Shown here piece by piece: positions 62,234-64,000 of a stretch of DNA of 64,000 nucleotides. A program made the translations under genes and the position numbers. Positions within the stretch are counted from its first letter, which is position 1. Every line of letters begins with the position of its first letter. This DNA is from the human T2T-CHM13v2.0 reference genome, Homo sapiens. The notes below the pieces were generated by a model. That model was not told the DNA's origin, made no database searches, and worked only from the letters and a program-made list of their open reading frames with translations. Location of the stretch: NCBI RefSeq assembly GCF_009914755.1, contig NC_060927.1; one strand, written 5' to 3'.

Positions 62234-62580
62234 TACAATCCCCCTTCTTAACCTTAATTGTTCTCAACCCACTCACTCCTAGCAATAAGTCTACAATAAC
62301 CTGGTTCTAAAAGTGCTGTTTAGAAAGACAAAGTGAAATCACTGATACTTACTTGGTTTCCTTTTCAAATTGACTATATACATGAACTGCCAAGATGCCT
62401 TCCACTGGGTCAAAATGTTCCTCTCAGATTTTCTCACATCTTAAGGAAATCTAAAAGCTACATAGCAACTACTCACGCTTAATCTTTAAAAAAAAAAAAA
62501 AAAAAAAGCAAAGTGATTCCAAAAACTGTCAAGAGCAAAAGTTTACAGAGCCAAAGGATTGATCACCAAATTCAGAAACA

Positions 62581-62644
62581 AGATTAGGAAAGAACAAGAC
62601 ACTATGAGATTAGGAAGAACAAGACACTATGAGATTAGGAAGAA
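62581..62644. repeat. 25-bp tandem repeat, ~2.5 copies (GAGATTAGGAAGAACAAGACACTAT)
   Basis: Seen directly. Confidence 0.9.
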
Positions 62645-62904
62645 TCTACTCTCTGACTAAAGCTAAGCCGCCTATATATAAGAAAATCCAGGTGCTTCCT
62701 TCACTGTCAGCAAACAATGGAAAATGACTTTTTAATAGGTAATATAAATGTATTTGTAAATTTGAAAATTTTAACAAAGGGATGCTGGAATGACAAATAT
62801 TTGAAGAGACTACTTAAAAAACAAGTGAGACAGAGTAGGAAAATGTGTTAAGACATCCTCCAGCACTGTATGTGTTTTTACACTGGGGAAAGGGAGACTC
62901 ACTA

Positions 62905-63955
<1,051 letters not shown>

Positions 63956-64000
63956 TAAATTTAAAAAATACCCACTAAGAATATCTAGTGCCTTTCCAAT

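Overview
Human genomic DNA. It contains an SVA with SVA_F-type diagnostics, and that subfamily is human-specific. The window is extremely Alu-dense and reads as a large intron. Nearly all L1s, both SVAs and the RPS27 retrocopy lie on +, which suggests an unidentified host gene transcribed on the - strand. I cannot support any intact protein-coding gene: the supplied ORFs are almost all Alu-, SVA- or L1-derived. Non-Alu content: two SVAs (a full-length SVA_F-type element and an older SVA_B/C-type element with an apparent 3' transduction), a processed RPS27 pseudogene, a FLAM-interrupted retro-fragment of the NOP58 C-terminus, a 5'-truncated L1PA, several fragmented old L1M elements, LTR8, MER21 and MLT1 LTRs, and Tigger and hAT DNA-transposon fossils. 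The most interesting signals are retrotransposition and repair footprints: the transduction, repeated use of single insertion sites, templated duplications and inversions, and a few weak candidate exons. I did not find convincing evidence of a new biological system. Repeat names come from recalled consensus sequences, and most repeat boundaries are approximate (about 10-20 bp).
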